Shown piece by piece: positions 1 through 11,223 of a stretch of DNA of 64,000 bases. This stretch comes from Candidatus Hydrogenedentota bacterium (GTDB lineage Bacteria > Hydrogenedentota > Hydrogenedentia > Hydrogenedentales > SLHB01): the NCBI GenBank assembly GCA_963668025.2, contig CAXXTH010000003.1, positions 64,001 through 128,000 of the forward strand, read 5' to 3'. Position 1 is the stretch's first letter, and every line of letters starts with the position of its first letter. A program made the translations under genes and the position numbers. A model generated the notes under the pieces. That model saw only the letters and a list, made by a program, of their open reading frames with translations. It searched no databases and was not told the origin of the DNA.

Positions 1-165
1 CTCCATGATGGTTTTTCTCACGACCTTCTGGAACACGCGGTGGGGAAGGTTCGCACTGTTCTTCAAATAAGACGAGTTAATGCCTAATGACTGGCTTACG
101 GATTTGGCGTAGGTGGCAAGCCCCGTGTTGCCATTGGCAACAGGATCAATAATTAAATACAACAT
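1..165 (-). CDS. 5' part of a gene running off the window edge, possibly a glycosyltransferase N-terminus
   Basis: ATG at 165 (minus) with GGGGGT upstream. Frame is open to the window edge: MLYLIIDPVANGNTGLATYAKSVSQSLG..., resembling GT-B N-termini. Product is tentative. Confidence 0.5.
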   Translation of the reverse strand, partial: MLYLIIDPVANGNTGLATYAKSVSQSLGINSSYLKNSANLPHRVFQKVVRKTIME

Positions 166-208
166 CGTTTTACCCCCAAGGCATTACAGTTAGCGGAAAT
201 AGATGAAC

Positions 209-1042
209 TTAACTGGCTTTAACGGAACGCAGTATATTCCCAGCACCTTCTGCTGAGAAAGAATCAAGCTCTGACAAAGGCTGTGACGCAAAGGTGTCGA
301 AATCCTCAAACCAATTCACTTGCGCCAAATCCCCATTAAAGGCGTTATTGGCGTTAAAAAGCTCTATCACACTGTCCGGCCAAAATTCGCCCGCCATATC
401 TTTGGAGAAGATGAGCGGAGTCAGCTCTTCAGGAACAGCGCCTTCTTTAATTTTTTCCGAAAGTGGATTCCCTTTCCGAACAAAAGCGGTGATATTATAA
501 CCGTGCTTAATAAAACGCCCATTACGTGCGTCAAATCCGTTTAAAATAAGGTTATACATCAAAAGGCCCACATTCCAGCCGACATTTACATGAAACTTAA
601 CAACAGTGGGCTTAAAAGGAGGAACACTAAGGAAGAGCCATCCATTGTCCTCCAAAAGGTCATATGCTTTTTGCAGGGTTACTCCCGTGTTCATGCTGTG
701 CTCTAAAATGTGGGACAGCCATAAGGCGTCATATCGGTGGTTTGGATTGTATTTTTCGAAAGCTACATCATATGCATGAACATCCAAAACCTCAAAAAAC
801 TCGCGTGCTGGTTCAATAAATTCATCGCCTACGGTAATCGCATCCACTTGGCGGCCTATGAGGGCGAAAAAGATGGAAGCCCCCCCTTTGCCATATCCAA
901 CATCCAAGACAGAGCGGAACGGAAGCTTTGATGTCGCTTTCAAAATGTCAAAGTTGCCTTGGGCGATAATTCGCTCGCTGATGAATTGATCAATAGTCGT
1001 AGCACTTTCTTGGTTAAGCTGTCCATTATCCGTGTCGCTCAT
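209..1042 (-). CDS. class I SAM-dependent methyltransferase
   Basis: Motif I VLDVGYGKG, YDALWLSHILEH, LEDNGWLFLSVP. Start chosen at MSDTDN; the ORF extends to 1087. Confidence 0.85.
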   Translation of the reverse strand: MSDTDNGQLNQESATTIDQFISERIIAQGNFDILKATSKLPFRSVLDVGYGKGGASIFFALIGRQVDAITVGDEFIEPAREFFEVLDVHAYDVAFEKYNPNHRYDALWLSHILEHSMNTGVTLQKAYDLLEDNGWLFLSVPPFKPTVVKFHVNVGWNVGLLMYNLILNGFDARNGRFIKHGYNITAFVRKGNPLSEKIKEGAVPEELTPLIFSKDMAGEFWPDSVIELFNANNAFNGDLAQVNWFEDFDTFASQPLSELDSFSAEGAGNILRSVKAS

Positions 1043-1095
1043 CCAAAACCCACTCCCGGTTATTGAACTCATTGCATGCGAACACAAAGCGCTGG

Positions 1096-1989
1096 TTATT
1101 TCCGCTTGCTGGCGGCGAGTACTTCATCGTTTGACAACACGCGATTCCAGATCTTGTTATCGGCCAGTGCGCCAATCCAGCGCACATTATTGCTTCCCGC
1201 GGGAATTTCCCAAGCGGCTTGGGCTTTTTGAAGCTTAAAATTGCCAGTTTTCTTGGCGCCCTCTTTTTTTCCATCAATATAGATAGTGGCGACTTTTGTT
1301 TTATAATCAACCGTAGCAACAATGCTATGCCATTTGTTGTCCGTTACCGGAGTTTTAGCCAGCACCTTTACGTAATTTTTACCGTCATTCAGCAGGAGAT
1401 GGGGGACATTAGCCGAATTAACACAATATAAACCCACAGTCTCACGAAGCTTGCTTCCTTCTATAGGAGCCGTGAAACCACATATCGTTTTGTTGGGCTG
1501 CCCCGTTTTTACCCAGATAGACAAGGTGAAACCTTCTGCCGCACTGCCCAAGAGATTGGGCAATTCCGTGGAAGTCGTCTTAAATGCAGTTTTGCCGTCC
1601 AGCTCCACATATTGGCCAAAGTCATCTGTTTTCGGCGTGGCGCCAGAGCCTAGCAGCCGCCCATCCATCTTTTTGCCGGATTGATCGGCCATTTTCTTGG
1701 CGTCATTCAAAGGCCAATAAGCCAATAAGCCATTCTCCACTGGGTTCCCGCTTGTTGATTGCTGGGCGGCAGGAGGGGGGGCCGCAGGGGATGCGGGGAG
1801 GGTGGAAGCAGCGGGAGCGGGAGCGGCGTGAGCCGAAGCAGCGGGAGCAACCGGGGTGGATGATGGAATAGCTTCGTCGTCCATATCATTCACATTGTTG
1901 CCGGGCTGGGCTGGCTGGCAGGCATTTAATACACAAACAGATAACGCCACAACCAAGATAGTATGCCAATTTGAAATATGTAAACGCAT
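1096..1989 (-). CDS. lipoprotein with Pro/Ala-rich linker and LamG/ConA-like jelly-roll domain
   Basis: Lipobox LNA-C, PAAS-rich linker, GLLAYWPLN, FTLSIWVKT, DNKWHSIVAT, IYIDGK, IWNRVLS. RBS AAGGAG before ATG 1989. Confidence 0.85.
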   Translation of the reverse strand: MRLHISNWHTILVVALSVCVLNACQPAQPGNNVNDMDDEAIPSSTPVAPAASAHAAPAPAASTLPASPAAPPPAAQQSTSGNPVENGLLAYWPLNDAKKMADQSGKKMDGRLLGSGATPKTDDFGQYVELDGKTAFKTTSTELPNLLGSAAEGFTLSIWVKTGQPNKTICGFTAPIEGSKLRETVGLYCVNSANVPHLLLNDGKNYVKVLAKTPVTDNKWHSIVATVDYKTKVATIYIDGKKEGAKKTGNFKLQKAQAAWEIPAGSNNVRWIGALADNKIWNRVLSNDEVLAASKRK

Positions 1990-2164
1990 ATCGCACTCTC
2001 CTTTCATGCGGGAAAAACAAAAAAGGCTTCAAAACAGCCATTCGCGTAAGAAAAATCGTTGAAAAACGAACTCTTCCTTGCTCCTCCCAATTATAACCAT
2101 TGTAGAATAGCCATGCAAGCTAACGAAGTCCGAAGAGAAGCCGCGGCCATTTATTCGAGTTGCG

Positions 2165-4081
2165 CTAAAAATGCGCCATCTCCGGCTTCCCATTCACAGG
2201 GATGCGTTCCAGCGCGGCTTCGAGGATCATCTTGAGCATCTCGGCATAGCTGATGCCCGCCATGCCCGCCATGATATTGAATTTCCCATCCCAGCACCAG
2301 CCTGGGTTGGGATTGACCTCCAGCAGCTTGATCCGGCCTTGTTCGTTGGCGCGAAAGTCAAACCGGGCGTAATCGCGGCAGCCGAGCCGCTCGAATAACA
2401 GGCTCGAATAATCCGTGAGGCGCTGGGTTTCTTCATGGTTCAGGCTGGCTTTTCTAAAGCTGATCTGATTCCAGTAGGGCGAATCGGGCAGCCATTTCGA
2501 TTCATATCCCAGGATGGGGGGGAGGCCGGGGTCAAGCTGGCTGTAATCCACCTCAAGGACCGGCAATGCGGTAAAGCTCAAGCCAGGATTGCCGATAATG
2601 CTCACGCTGTATTCGGGGCCGCTTAGGAACTCCTGGACCAGGAGGGAGCGGTTGGGGAACTGCATGCGGAGTTGCTCCCAATAATTCACCATTTCTTCAA
2701 TGGAGTTCACCACGGCGTCTTTCGTGATGCCGATGCTCGAATCGCCGAAGTTGGGCTTCAAGAGGGCCGGAAATACGCTGGCCAATGTGGCGGCTTGGTC
2801 CTCGGAGCCGAAATAGGTCTCCAGCGGCACAGGGATATCTAACGATTTGGCGATGGCGCGAATGAGTGCTTTATTGTAGCATAATCCCAAGCAGGCCGGG
2901 CCTGCGCCGGTGTAGGGAATATCCAGCATATCGAGCACGGCTGGCACGTGAAGCTCCTTGAAGGCGTCATTATTGTAGCCTTCATCACATAGGTTGAACA
3001 CGAAATCGGGCCGGTGGTCATGCAGGTCTTGTATCATGGTCGAATGCCGGTCCCAATACTCGAAGGTATAGCCATCTAGGCTATCCAGGGCTTCCTGCAA
3101 GCGCTGGATGGTTTCAATGTCTTCTGGATTAAACACGCCTTCCCGCTTGATGGAATCGGGCTGGGATGGATCGCCCAGAAGCACCGTAACCTTTGAGAAC
3201 GGGGGCCATTGGCGAGGGGCATGCATGACTTTGCGCTGACGGCGGGCGGTCAAGAACATGCGGTGGGCCATCATCCCCAAATCCTGCCCCCGGTCCGATT
3301 CCGTAACGGGCATTCCGTGGTGGGTGATGCCCTGGAAATCGAGCGATTCGAGAAGCTCGGAAATCTCTTCCGCGGTATACAAGCGCTCCGCATAAAACTG
3401 ATCAGCGATCACGCCGCGGTCGGCATGGGTGACCACTTCGCGCGAGATGAGGCGCTTGCCATCATGGGCCAGGGAGCGTTCCCGGCATACAAAGTGGTTC
3501 TCGTCAATCCATTCCCATGAGCGAGGCTCATAATGGGTGCGCATCCATTCACCATCCACTAGATCGAGCGCGATTGACCCGCCAGGAACTAATATGCGGC
3601 GCACACGTTCGAGAACCGCCCGGTCGTCTTCTTCACGGTCAAAATATCCGAATGAATTGCCAAAGAGGCACACGCAATCCATTGAATGCTCGGGGAAACG
3701 GAATTTCCGTGCGTCGCCTTCCCGGAAAGTGATGGTAGCGTGGGCGCTCCGGGCGCGCCGCCGGGCAAGGCGAATCAAATAACGCGACCGATCAATGCCC
3801 ACCACGTGGCGGAAGCCGCGCCGCGCCAGTTCGATGCAATGGCGTCCATGGCCGCAGCAGAGATCCAGAATCCGGTCTTCCGGCTGTAAATGGGTGGTTT
3901 TAATCAGGAGGGATACATCCTCCGCCGTATTTTTTGTGTTTTCGACAACATCCCCATCCGTCTTCAAGTAGAGGGAATTAAAAAGGGAACGCCACCAATC
4001 TGGCGGCAAGTGGCGTTCCAGATCTGACACTGGACCGAAGGTTCGGTGTTGGACCGGTTTCTTCTCGTTATTTGCAGTCAT
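2165..4081 (-). CDS. SAM methyltransferase fused to D-Ala-D-Ala-ligase-like ATP-grasp domain
   Basis: N-half ILDLCCGHGRH, GIDRS, GNSFGYF. C-half PDFVFNLCD, IPYTGAG, LKPNFGDSSIGI, LVQEFLSG, RDYARFDFR, LLEVNPNPG. Confidence 0.9.
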   Translation of the reverse strand: MTANNEKKPVQHRTFGPVSDLERHLPPDWWRSLFNSLYLKTDGDVVENTKNTAEDVSLLIKTTHLQPEDRILDLCCGHGRHCIELARRGFRHVVGIDRSRYLIRLARRRARSAHATITFREGDARKFRFPEHSMDCVCLFGNSFGYFDREEDDRAVLERVRRILVPGGSIALDLVDGEWMRTHYEPRSWEWIDENHFVCRERSLAHDGKRLISREVVTHADRGVIADQFYAERLYTAEEISELLESLDFQGITHHGMPVTESDRGQDLGMMAHRMFLTARRQRKVMHAPRQWPPFSKVTVLLGDPSQPDSIKREGVFNPEDIETIQRLQEALDSLDGYTFEYWDRHSTMIQDLHDHRPDFVFNLCDEGYNNDAFKELHVPAVLDMLDIPYTGAGPACLGLCYNKALIRAIAKSLDIPVPLETYFGSEDQAATLASVFPALLKPNFGDSSIGITKDAVVNSIEEMVNYWEQLRMQFPNRSLLVQEFLSGPEYSVSIIGNPGLSFTALPVLEVDYSQLDPGLPPILGYESKWLPDSPYWNQISFRKASLNHEETQRLTDYSSLLFERLGCRDYARFDFRANEQGRIKLLEVNPNPGWCWDGKFNIMAGMAGISYAEMLKMILEAALERIPVNGKPEMAHF

Positions 4082-4522
4082 AATGGGCCTATTTCTCCGA
4101 TTCAGCGCAGTGCGCTGGCAAGGTTACAGGCGCGCCATAGAGCGAACTGCTGATGGCGCAGCATCAAAAACAATGCGATAGTCTATTCCAATCGAAGTAA
4201 AAACGGAAGGGCAATATTTATGTGCGGAGAGCGAGTCCACGCCCGCTCAAATGGATGGGAAAAGCCGCCGGAAACACAATGGAAACATATAAGATTATAT
4301 AAATATATTACAGCAACTAAAAGGCAGCGATCCGGATGCCCTGCTCATGGCTATGCACAAAAAATAACCCAATAAAAGCGCTTACCATAAAGAAAGCCCG
4401 ATTATTTTGCCGGTCATGGACTTTCAGCCTCGATGGCAGGAAACCAAGCATATGAGTCCAAATGGAATATAGATATTGTATATAATAAGGATAATATTGC
4501 TCATTTTGACAGGCTAATCTTC

Positions 4523-4551
4523 TTGACAAAGAATAAAATTGCATATACAAT
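4523..4551 (+). promoter_or_regulatory. sigma70-type promoter
   Basis: TTGACA (4523-4528), 17-bp spacer, TACAAT (4546-4551). Confidence 0.7.
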
Positions 4552-4557
4552 GCATCA

Positions 4558-4772
4558 TATTAAGTGCTAAGGGAGAGCAAGGTCAAACAAGAGAAACCGC
4601 TTACCCTTAATGGTGAGCGGTCTTGCTAGATGGTTTCGTTACACGCATCCCAATACTGGCGAGAGCCATGATATAGTATCTGTTTAAGTAAGCGTTTTCC
4701 AGCTCCGCGCATTCTGGATGCGCCAAAGCTGCGGGTTCATTCAACTTAAACAAGCAACGAGGAGGGTGTCTG
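4558..4772 (+). ncRNA. candidate structured 5' leader / cis-regulatory RNA (family unknown)
   Basis: Nested stems: 4596-4605/4612-4621, TGGC-GAGA-GCCA at 4657-4668, 4681-4689/4744-4752 enclosing 4700-4704/4727-4731 and 4707-4712/4718-4723. Possible anti-SD pairing. Confidence 0.4.
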
Positions 4773-6182
4773 ATGAGAGCGAAATGGATTGTTGTTCTGT
4801 GTTTGGCGGCGGTGGTGTTATTGTCGCCAGGATTTGCCCACGCGGCCAAGATTCATGTGGCCAAAAGTTATCCCGCAATACAAGAGATCAACCCCGATGG
4901 CACGCCGTTAGGAGAAGGCGAGGCAAATACGTATGAATTCAAAGTCAACAACCTGTATTACATTAAAAATGCGTGGACATGGGGCGGCGGCGCCGGGATC
5001 ATCAATAACCTGAACGATGCCATGCAGTCCGTTGTCATCTTTGAAGATAGTGGCGTTTACAACCTGAAAGACGATGTGCAAGCCGCGAGCCCAGGCGCAA
5101 CGGATGAAGTGCTGTTTTTAGATTGGTGGGGTGCGTTTTACACCGCAGGCAATAACGGAGGCGGATTCGTGTTTGAAGCAGCTTCCGGTATGAGTCCCAC
5201 CATCGATATTTCCACTGCCGCTGGCTATGCTTCTTGGGGAGCAGGAACCCAGTTCATCTTGATGTATAACCAGCACTCAGACATTATGATGGAGTTTTAC
5301 GGCATCAATTTCGTCAATACACGTACGGACAATATGAGCTGGGGCAATGGGATCTGTTCCTTTGGCGGCTCTGGCGCAGCCTACTATGAAGACTGCCTTT
5401 TCAAAGTCGCCCAGCCCATCATGGGAGCTGGCGGCTCTGTTACCCGCGAGTACCGCGATGGCCCCGAATACAACCATTGCGCGTTTCTCATGTCCGGCAC
5501 TGCGGGAACGAATATCTTATGGAATCCCCCCTCTAACAACATAGGCCAGCCAGCCACAGGCGATGGCAGCTTGGATTTTGTGGATTGCTCATTCGTCAAT
5601 ACCTCAGGCGCGGCTTGGGTGGTAAGCAACGAAATATCCGACTATAACGCATCCTCTTTTACACGCTGCATTTTCTACAATATGGCCGGCTTAATGGCAA
5701 ATAATGGCGACTACGTCTTGGGCTACACGGACAATTGCGAATGGCCGGCCTTCGGCGCGGGCGTCTTGAAACCCGCAGGCGCTTCGGGAACCGTCACCGA
5801 AGATCCCGACTTCCTTGACACGGGTGCGGCAGACTTCTGGCGCATCAGTGACACATCGCCCTGCGTGGTTCCCGGTGGGGACAACATCGGGTATGACAAA
5901 GACGCAGGCGCTGTTGCTACCGATACGGACAGCGATGGATTGCCGGATTCCGTCGAAACGGATACCGGTGTGTATGTAAGCCCGACGGATACGGGTACGG
6001 ATCCGAACGATGCGGATAGTGATGACGATACCTATAACGATGGCGACGAAGTGGATGCGGGCTCGGACCCGAACGATCCTTTATCGATCCCTGGTTCAAA
6101 TGTGCCTGCGCTGTCCTTGCTGGGCTTAGCGGCTCTGGCTGGCGTTACTATTGTTTCCGCCGTACGCAAAGTGCGCAAGTAA
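4773..6182 (+). CDS. secreted surface protein: beta-helix-like region, TSP3-like Ca-binding repeats, IPTL-CTERM-like sorting tail
   Basis: Signal peptide ending AHA-A. Repeated F/YxxCxF motifs. DTDSDGLPD/DSDDDTYNDGDE repeats. C-terminus VPALSLLGLAALAG...RKVRK. Confidence 0.8.
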   Translation: MRAKWIVVLCLAAVVLLSPGFAHAAKIHVAKSYPAIQEINPDGTPLGEGEANTYEFKVNNLYYIKNAWTWGGGAGIINNLNDAMQSVVIFEDSGVYNLKDDVQAASPGATDEVLFLDWWGAFYTAGNNGGGFVFEAASGMSPTIDISTAAGYASWGAGTQFILMYNQHSDIMMEFYGINFVNTRTDNMSWGNGICSFGGSGAAYYEDCLFKVAQPIMGAGGSVTREYRDGPEYNHCAFLMSGTAGTNILWNPPSNNIGQPATGDGSLDFVDCSFVNTSGAAWVVSNEISDYNASSFTRCIFYNMAGLMANNGDYVLGYTDNCEWPAFGAGVLKPAGASGTVTEDPDFLDTGAADFWRISDTSPCVVPGGDNIGYDKDAGAVATDTDSDGLPDSVETDTGVYVSPTDTGTDPNDADSDDDTYNDGDEVDAGSDPNDPLSIPGSNVPALSLLGLAALAGVTIVSAVRKVRK

Positions 6183-6206
6183 TACATTCGAGCATCTGGA
6201 GCATTA

Positions 6207-6241
6207 GTTGGGGCCGGGAATCACTCCTGGCCCCAACCTTT
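6207..6241. terminator. hairpin terminator between convergent genes
   Basis: GTTGGGGCCGGGA-atcac-TCCTGGCCCCAAC followed by CTTT. Confidence 0.65.
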
Positions 6242-6264
6242 ATGAATTGCAGGTAATCGCGCCA

Positions 6265-8287
<2,023 letters not shown>

Positions 8288-8305
8288 GGCTCGCAGCTCT
8301 ATTGC

Positions 8306-9574
8306 TTATTGGCGCTCCCAGACAGGGACAAACGACCGCTTGTTCTCGCCCGTATATACTTGGCGCGGGCGGTGGATACGGCCAGCGGGATCGCTGGCCA
8401 TCTCTTTCCAATGGGCGATCCAGCCGGGCATGCGTCCCAGTGCGAACATGACGGTAAACATGTCCGTAGGGATGCCGATGGCTCGATAAATAATCCCGCT
8501 GTAGAAATCCACATTCGGATATAGTTTGCGCTCAATGAAGAAATCGTCATTGAGCGCGATTTCTTCGAGGCTTTTAGCGATATCGAGCAGTGGATCATTA
8601 ACTCCTAGTTCGATCAATACCTCATCACAGGCCTTTTTTAGGATTTTCGCGCGCGGATCAAAATTCTTATATACCCGGTGTCCGAAGCCCATCAGCCGGA
8701 ATCCGCTATTGCGGTCCTTGGCCATCTCGACGTATTTTTTATAGTCGCCTTTATCTTTCCTGATCCTGTCCAGCATCTCGATGACGGACTGGTTAGCGCC
8801 GCCATGCAGCGGGCCCGATAACGCGCACACACCCGCGCTGATACTGGCATAGAGGCTTGCTTTACTGCTGCCCACCATACGTACGGTCGACGTGCTGCAA
8901 TTCTGTTCATGATCCGCATGGACAATCAATAACAGGTTAAGAGCGTTTTCGATAACCTCCGACACTTCATAGGTCTCGGCGGGTGTGGCGAACATCATGC
9001 GCAGAAAATTAGCCATATAGCTGTAATCGGTACGCGGGTAGATCAGCGGCTCGCCGACCGATTTTTTATACGCAATGGCCGCCAGCGTCTTGGCTTTGGC
9101 CAGCAGGCGCATGATGTTCTTGTCCGCATCATCCTGATCCGGATAGAACGCAGGCAGCGCCGCCACCATGGCCGATAGGATGGTCATGGGATGGGTCGTG
9201 GGAGGGAAGTGATCGAAGAAATTCACCATGCTCTCGTGAACCAGGCTGTTCAACGTAAGCTGGCGCCTCCATTCGTTCAATTCCGACTGGTTGGGCAGGT
9301 GATCGTAAATCAAGAGATAGCATACCTCCGGAAAACGGGCGGCCTCCGCCAAATCCTCAATGTCATAGCCGCGGTACCGAAGGATGCCTTTTTCACCATC
9401 AATAAAGGTGACCGAGCTCTGGCAAGAGCCCGTATTGGCATAGCCGGGATCCATGGTGATGTATCCCGTCTGGTTCCTCAACGCCGTCAAATCAATGGCG
9501 CGCTCGCTTTCCGTACCTTCGATGACGGGGTATTCAAATTCTTTTCCTTCAATCACCAATTTCGCTGTAGCCAT
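8306..9574 (-). CDS. gltA: citrate synthase
   Basis: DPGYANTGSC, HADHEQNCSTST, GPLHGGAN, MGFGHRVYKNFDPR, YPNVDFYSG. Confidence 0.97.
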   Translation of the reverse strand: MATAKLVIEGKEFEYPVIEGTESERAIDLTALRNQTGYITMDPGYANTGSCQSSVTFIDGEKGILRYRGYDIEDLAEAARFPEVCYLLIYDHLPNQSELNEWRRQLTLNSLVHESMVNFFDHFPPTTHPMTILSAMVAALPAFYPDQDDADKNIMRLLAKAKTLAAIAYKKSVGEPLIYPRTDYSYMANFLRMMFATPAETYEVSEVIENALNLLLIVHADHEQNCSTSTVRMVGSSKASLYASISAGVCALSGPLHGGANQSVIEMLDRIRKDKGDYKKYVEMAKDRNSGFRLMGFGHRVYKNFDPRAKILKKACDEVLIELGVNDPLLDIAKSLEEIALNDDFFIERKLYPNVDFYSGIIYRAIGIPTDMFTVMFALGRMPGWIAHWKEMASDPAGRIHRPRQVYTGENKRSFVPVWERQ

Positions 9575-9769
9575 GGCCGTCTCCCTTCGAAGGTTGTATT
9601 TCAACTATGGAACAACTGGTATCTGCGCAGCTTTTTCCCTTTCCAGGAACACAACGCAGGCGGCGTATACGATATTCCTTAACACTGTCGGGGAGGCTCA
9701 ACCAACATGATAACAACGGCCATCATAATTGTCTAGCCGTATTGAACAATACTCATCCTGCACTACTGC

Positions 9770-11212
9770 CTACTTCGTACTTCCGGGAAAGGCATTTTGG
9801 ACATATTGTCCCAGCGTTGTTTGATATTCCTGTTCATCGAGTGCATGCAACGCCTTCTGGGCGAGTTCTGGGCGTTTCTCTTCCGCGAGAATATGCGCAT
9901 TTCCCGTTGAACCTGCGCCGCTCAGATTTTGGGCGCTGGCGAGGAACTGGATTCGAAGTTGTTCCATGCGGCTTTCGATGGCCTTGATGCCCGCTTCCGC
10001 GATGCGATTTTGCTCGGAGAACTCGATGCCTACACTCGAGTACAGCTCGCGCGCTTTTTTGAGAGTTTCCAGCGCATCATATACTTTAGAGCCTGCCGCA
10101 AGGTCTTCCGCCTGTTTTTCGAGCGCTACCGCAGTCTCGACAGCGCCTTGCGCAGCGCCCATTCTTTCCGTTTTGTCATCAAGCTGGGATTGCGCCTGGA
10201 TCAGCTTCCCCTTGGCTTCCGCATTCAACGCATCTGCTTGCACCGCTTTTTCAAATGCCATGCGCGCATCTTCAAGATTTCCCGCATCCAAGGCCTCATC
10301 ACCAGTCGTGACATAATAAGCGGCCAAGCGTTCCGCGATATCCCGTCTTCCCGGTTGCTGTTTAAGCACGGACTGGTATTCTTGAATCGCCCGCTCATAC
10401 AACCCGCCGTCGTAGAAAATGTCGCCTATGTGCTTCTGAAAATCCGGTTCCAGCAAACCGAGCGCTTTTATTCGCTCGTACGAGGCTTCTGCTTCCCGCG
10501 CATGGCCTCGCTCCACATAAAAGATCACCGCGCCTCCGAAGTAATCCCGCATCTGTTCTTTCGATACATTCACGACTCGAGCCTTGCCGGAAAGGATCGT
10601 GTACCACACGTCGGCTACGGCGTTCATCGAGCGGCTGACCTCTTGTGAGAGGGTCTGGGAAGCTGTCCCGTCAAAACCGAGCCCGCTTTTATAATCGGCC
10701 TCGAGCACAGTCTGGCGTGCTTCCGCGGAAGATTGAAGAGCCGTTATATATGATACTGCGTCTACCGTGCGCCGGGTGGATGACTCGATGCTGGCCGAAG
10801 CGATATGGGCGTCTACATCGGCATAATATTGCGAACGATACACCGTTGTTGCCGTAGGCATCGGAGAGGTCGCGTTAGCGATGAGCTGTCCGAGTGCGCC
10901 CAGCCGGTAGGCGAAATAGGGATCCACGCGCGTTCCATGCACCGCTTCCAGCAAATACATCTCGGATTCAACGGCATTAATCGGATTGGAAGCGCTTGAA
11001 GGGATGAGTTTTTCAATCACGCCCGTTGAAGCTTCCGCGCCCGCCTTGACATCTCCCAGTAAGTTGGTGAGCGGAATATTGTTCTCTTTTGCCATCATCT
11101 GTGCGGCTCCGCTTACAATGGAGGAGGCCGTTTTGGGATTCCATGCATACGCAGGGGCCGAAAAAACAGCCAACAGCAAGGCGGCGGCAAGCAGGCGTTT
11201 TGCGAATTTCAT
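9770..11212 (-). CDS. secreted TPR-repeat protein
   Basis: Signal peptide ending AYA-W. Helical N-domain, C-terminal TPR-like repeats (ARMAFEKAVQADALN). RBS AAGGAG. Confidence 0.8.
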   Translation of the reverse strand: MKFAKRLLAAALLLAVFSAPAYAWNPKTASSIVSGAAQMMAKENNIPLTNLLGDVKAGAEASTGVIEKLIPSSASNPINAVESEMYLLEAVHGTRVDPYFAYRLGALGQLIANATSPMPTATTVYRSQYYADVDAHIASASIESSTRRTVDAVSYITALQSSAEARQTVLEADYKSGLGFDGTASQTLSQEVSRSMNAVADVWYTILSGKARVVNVSKEQMRDYFGGAVIFYVERGHAREAEASYERIKALGLLEPDFQKHIGDIFYDGGLYERAIQEYQSVLKQQPGRRDIAERLAAYYVTTGDEALDAGNLEDARMAFEKAVQADALNAEAKGKLIQAQSQLDDKTERMGAAQGAVETAVALEKQAEDLAAGSKVYDALETLKKARELYSSVGIEFSEQNRIAEAGIKAIESRMEQLRIQFLASAQNLSGAGSTGNAHILAEEKRPELAQKALHALDEQEYQTTLGQYVQNAFPGSTK

Positions 11213-11223
11213 AGCCAACTCCT

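Noticed and set aside
5920-6090. Tandem repeat or CRISPR-like periodicity
   Set aside because: Explained by Asp-rich TSP3-like coding repeats; there are no identical DNA repeats with spacers.
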